The notes under the pieces were generated by a model. It did no database searches. It was not told the DNA's origin and was given only the letters and a program-made list of their open reading frames with translations. A stretch of 28,555 nucleotides of DNA from NCBI GenBank assembly GCA_040005235.1, contig JBDTZG010000063.1, forward strand, positions 1 through 28,555, in the 5' to 3' direction. Every line of letters begins with the position of its first letter. Within the stretch, counting starts at the first letter, position 1. Made by a program: the position numbers and the translations under genes. The DNA is from Acidobacteriota bacterium. GTDB lineage: Bacteria > Acidobacteriota > Thermoanaerobaculia > Multivoradales > UBA5704. Below, in pieces: positions 26,643-28,555 of the stretch.

Positions 26643-27128
26643 TCATTCCCCAACCATCTTGAGGGCGCGATTCATCACCGAGTCGGAAAGGTACATCCCG
26701 GTGTTTCGAAGTGCTTCGAGGACCGCCCGGGCCGAAGTGAGCTGACCGCGCTGCTTGCCCAGCAACACCAACCCCAATGTACCTCGCACGTGAACGGCGA
26801 TTGCCTGTGCGCAACGCCGGGCTCCAAGATCGTCAATGATCGCCTCAACGCCTGGCCGTGCGACGCACCAGGAGAGGACAGCTGATTCTCCGGGTCCGAG
26901 GTCCCAGGCCTGGATCGCTGGTGGGACCTCCGGGGTTTCCACGACCCGTAGCCAGGAAACCGAGGTAAGTGCCCGAGCCGCCGGATCGCTTGGCCCGCGA
27001 CGAAGGATCTCGTTGGCCACGGCAGACGGAACCACGATTTCGAGAGCGACCAGTTGCAGGAGGTCGAGGAGGCCTCCGCGAGTCAAGAAAATCAGCGGCG
27101 AGGAGTTGACTACGGCGTGCTCAGCCAC
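26643..27128 (-). CDS. DUF3368 family PIN-domain toxin-like protein
   Basis: VVNSSPLI.L, VPSAVANE, DLGPGESAVL, IIDDLGAR, GTLGLV; GTG 27128 overlaps the antitoxin stop. Confidence 0.88.
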   Translation of the reverse strand: MAEHAVVNSSPLIFLTRGGLLDLLQLVALEIVVPSAVANEILRRGPSDPAARALTSVSWLRVVETPEVPPAIQAWDLGPGESAVLSWCVARPGVEAIIDDLGARRCAQAIAVHVRGTLGLVLLGKQRGQLTSARAVLEALRNTGMYLSDSVMNRALKMVGE

Positions 27129-27372
27129 GCTCCATCTCACACTGAAGGTCGTCGAAGTCCACGACGAAGGCATCAACCCCTTCGCGGGCCAGAGCCATCA
27201 GAAAGTCGGTTCGATCCAGATCAGCGACCTGAGCGGCCTTCTCCTGCGAGATCTGGCCGCGCTGATACCAGTGGATCGCCGCAGCGAGACGCAGTTCGCG
27301 GCCGAATTCATTCGGAGACCGGCGAAGCGTCGAGAACACTTCCTCCGGTAACTCCAGGGTCAAAGTGGTCAT
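27121..27372 (-). CDS. UPF0175 family antitoxin-like protein
   Basis: ELRLAAAIHWYQRGQISQEKAAQVADLDRTDF; GAGGAG SD. Confidence 0.88.
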   Translation of the reverse strand: MTTLTLELPEEVFSTLRRSPNEFGRELRLAAAIHWYQRGQISQEKAAQVADLDRTDFLMALAREGVDAFVVDFDDLQCEMERG

Positions 27373-27539
27373 GCACAGACTCCTCGGTCGCTTTGGCGAA
27401 CAGGCTCGCGACGACTCTAGATTACACCCAGGGCTGACGGTCCATGTGCGTTAATAGGAGATAGTACTCGATCGGTTGATGACGCTCCCCGTGACGATCG
27501 AAGGTCCACCGCAGGCCGCTAGCGGTCGAGGAGTTGCCC

Positions 27540-27781
27540 GCGTAGGTGTAGAGATCGGCTGCTTTCACGCGCAGATCGGGCGAACAGACCGTGCAGGGCC
27601 GCTCCCGAAGCGCCGCCCGCAGCTCGGCCCCAAGGTTCAAACTGATCACGCTATGGGCGAACGTTCCCCCCGAAAAGTCCACGATCTCGCCATCGATGAG
27701 CTCATGGCGCTGCTCAGCTTCGCGCTCGAAGGCCAGATAGTCGGGGACGGAGATCCGCGGTTTGGCAAGGGCTTCGGCCAT
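27540..27781 (-). pseudogene. Truncated Uma2 family endonuclease
   Basis: DYLAFER...RHELIDGEI...GGTFAHSVI...DLRVK...YTY; similarity stops where the catalytic PD is expected, and the frame runs on in unrelated sequence to 27422. Confidence 0.85.
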
Positions 27782-27863
27782 AGGAACATTCTACGCTTAC
27801 GGGACTCATGGGCGCCTTCTCAGCTGATGCGTGTACGATCCTGGTTCGCGGAGGTTCTTCTCC

Positions 27864-28172
27864 ATGCCGAATTCCTGGATTGACGGCTCCCTTTACCCCG
27901 ACACAGAGGTCCCGGAGGATCTCCCCACCCTGTCCGACCGGGTCGATTTCCTGGTGCGGCTTTGCGGCGCGTGGGATTTTGGAATTCTGCCGGATTGGGA
28001 GACGGTCGAAGAGGTCCGGCGGTTTGACTGGCGGGAGGCTGTGGAGGAGACGAATCTCCTGACCTCCCCGGTCTACCACCTCCTGCGCTCCTGGCACCGG
28101 CTGGAAGATCGTCCTTACCTGGGACAGCGGCTCGCCTACATCGACGGCGATCCCGAGCTTCAGCACGTATAG
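27864..28172 (+). CDS. Hypothetical acidic protein (about 102 aa)
   Basis: GGAGG SD before ATG 27864; GC3-rich codons; no family recognised. Confidence 0.65.
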   Translation: MPNSWIDGSLYPDTEVPEDLPTLSDRVDFLVRLCGAWDFGILPDWETVEEVRRFDWREAVEETNLLTSPVYHLLRSWHRLEDRPYLGQRLAYIDGDPELQHV

Positions 28173-28224
28173 GGCAGCGGCAAACCGGCCCCGGGGTACG
28201 CGTAACCCGAGGCCGGAGAGAGTC

Positions 28225-28413
28225 CTATTGGGTGCAGTGGGCCGTTTCGGTGCAGGTGGCGGCTGCGGTCAGGCAGTTGCAGCAGGTGCCCGAGCAGTTC
28301 ACCGTGAGGGAGCAGTTCACGGCGGTTTGGGACGAGAAGCCGCCCGCGACTTCGCGCAGCTCCAGCGGGGACAGGGTCTCTCGGGAAAGCTTCAGCCTCT
28401 TGGACTTCTTCAC
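28225..28413 (-). CDS. RiPP precursor peptide (lanthipeptide-like; double-glycine leader, Cys/Ser/Thr-rich core)
   Basis: Leader MKKSKRLKLSRETLSPLELREVAGG; core FSSQTAVNCSLTVNCSGTCCNCLTAAATCTETAHCTQ; AAGGAG SD. Confidence 0.85.
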   Translation of the reverse strand: MKKSKRLKLSRETLSPLELREVAGGFSSQTAVNCSLTVNCSGTCCNCLTAAATCTETAHCTQ

Positions 28414-28469
28414 GAGTTTCTCCTTGATGTCGACCGGATCTGGGGCGACCCGGGCCCAAGTTTGGGAAT

Positions 28470-28555
28470 TTACCGGGCGCTCCGGCGTGGGCTGCGGGAA
28501 ATCAGGAACTCCGGCAGTTTCTGGGCGATCCAGCGTTCGGCGCGGCGGTGTTCGG
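28470..28555 (-). CDS. 3' end of an unidentified gene upstream of the RiPP precursor
   Basis: Open frame EHRRAERWIAQKLPEFLISRSPRRSAR-stop entering from the window edge. Confidence 0.5.
   Translation of the reverse strand, partial: EHRRAERWIAQKLPEFLISRSPRRSAR

Overview
High-GC window of mostly housekeeping genes whose content (GWxTD/VWA fusion, KKLxLxRETL-type peptide leader) suggests Acidobacteriota, probably Thermoanaerobaculia; this is an inference. It contains the ileS 5' end, def, rlmH, a DksA/TraR protein, a long HolA-like protein, a PA0069-type radical SAM, a YhaM-like HD nuclease, a large VWA protein, xseA/xseB, fadJ, a GT2/GT-C pair, an ABC efflux trio and an M23 peptidase, interrupted by palindromic REP-type elements and two accessory patches with toxin-antitoxin modules. 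Most notable: (1) a prephenate dehydratase-ACT-DAHP synthase fusion preceded by an unannotated 21-aa leader peptide containing Phe, Trp and Tyr codons plus a complete antiterminator/terminator set; (2) a tandemly duplicated xseB-fadJ junction whose second copy carries a MenAT1-like TA module; (3) a Cys/Ser/Thr-rich double-glycine RiPP precursor at the right edge; (4) an apparently leaderless radical SAM gene with direct repeats over its promoter; (5) a 20-bp-period array of palindromic units. All calls come from reading motifs by eye; no searches were run.
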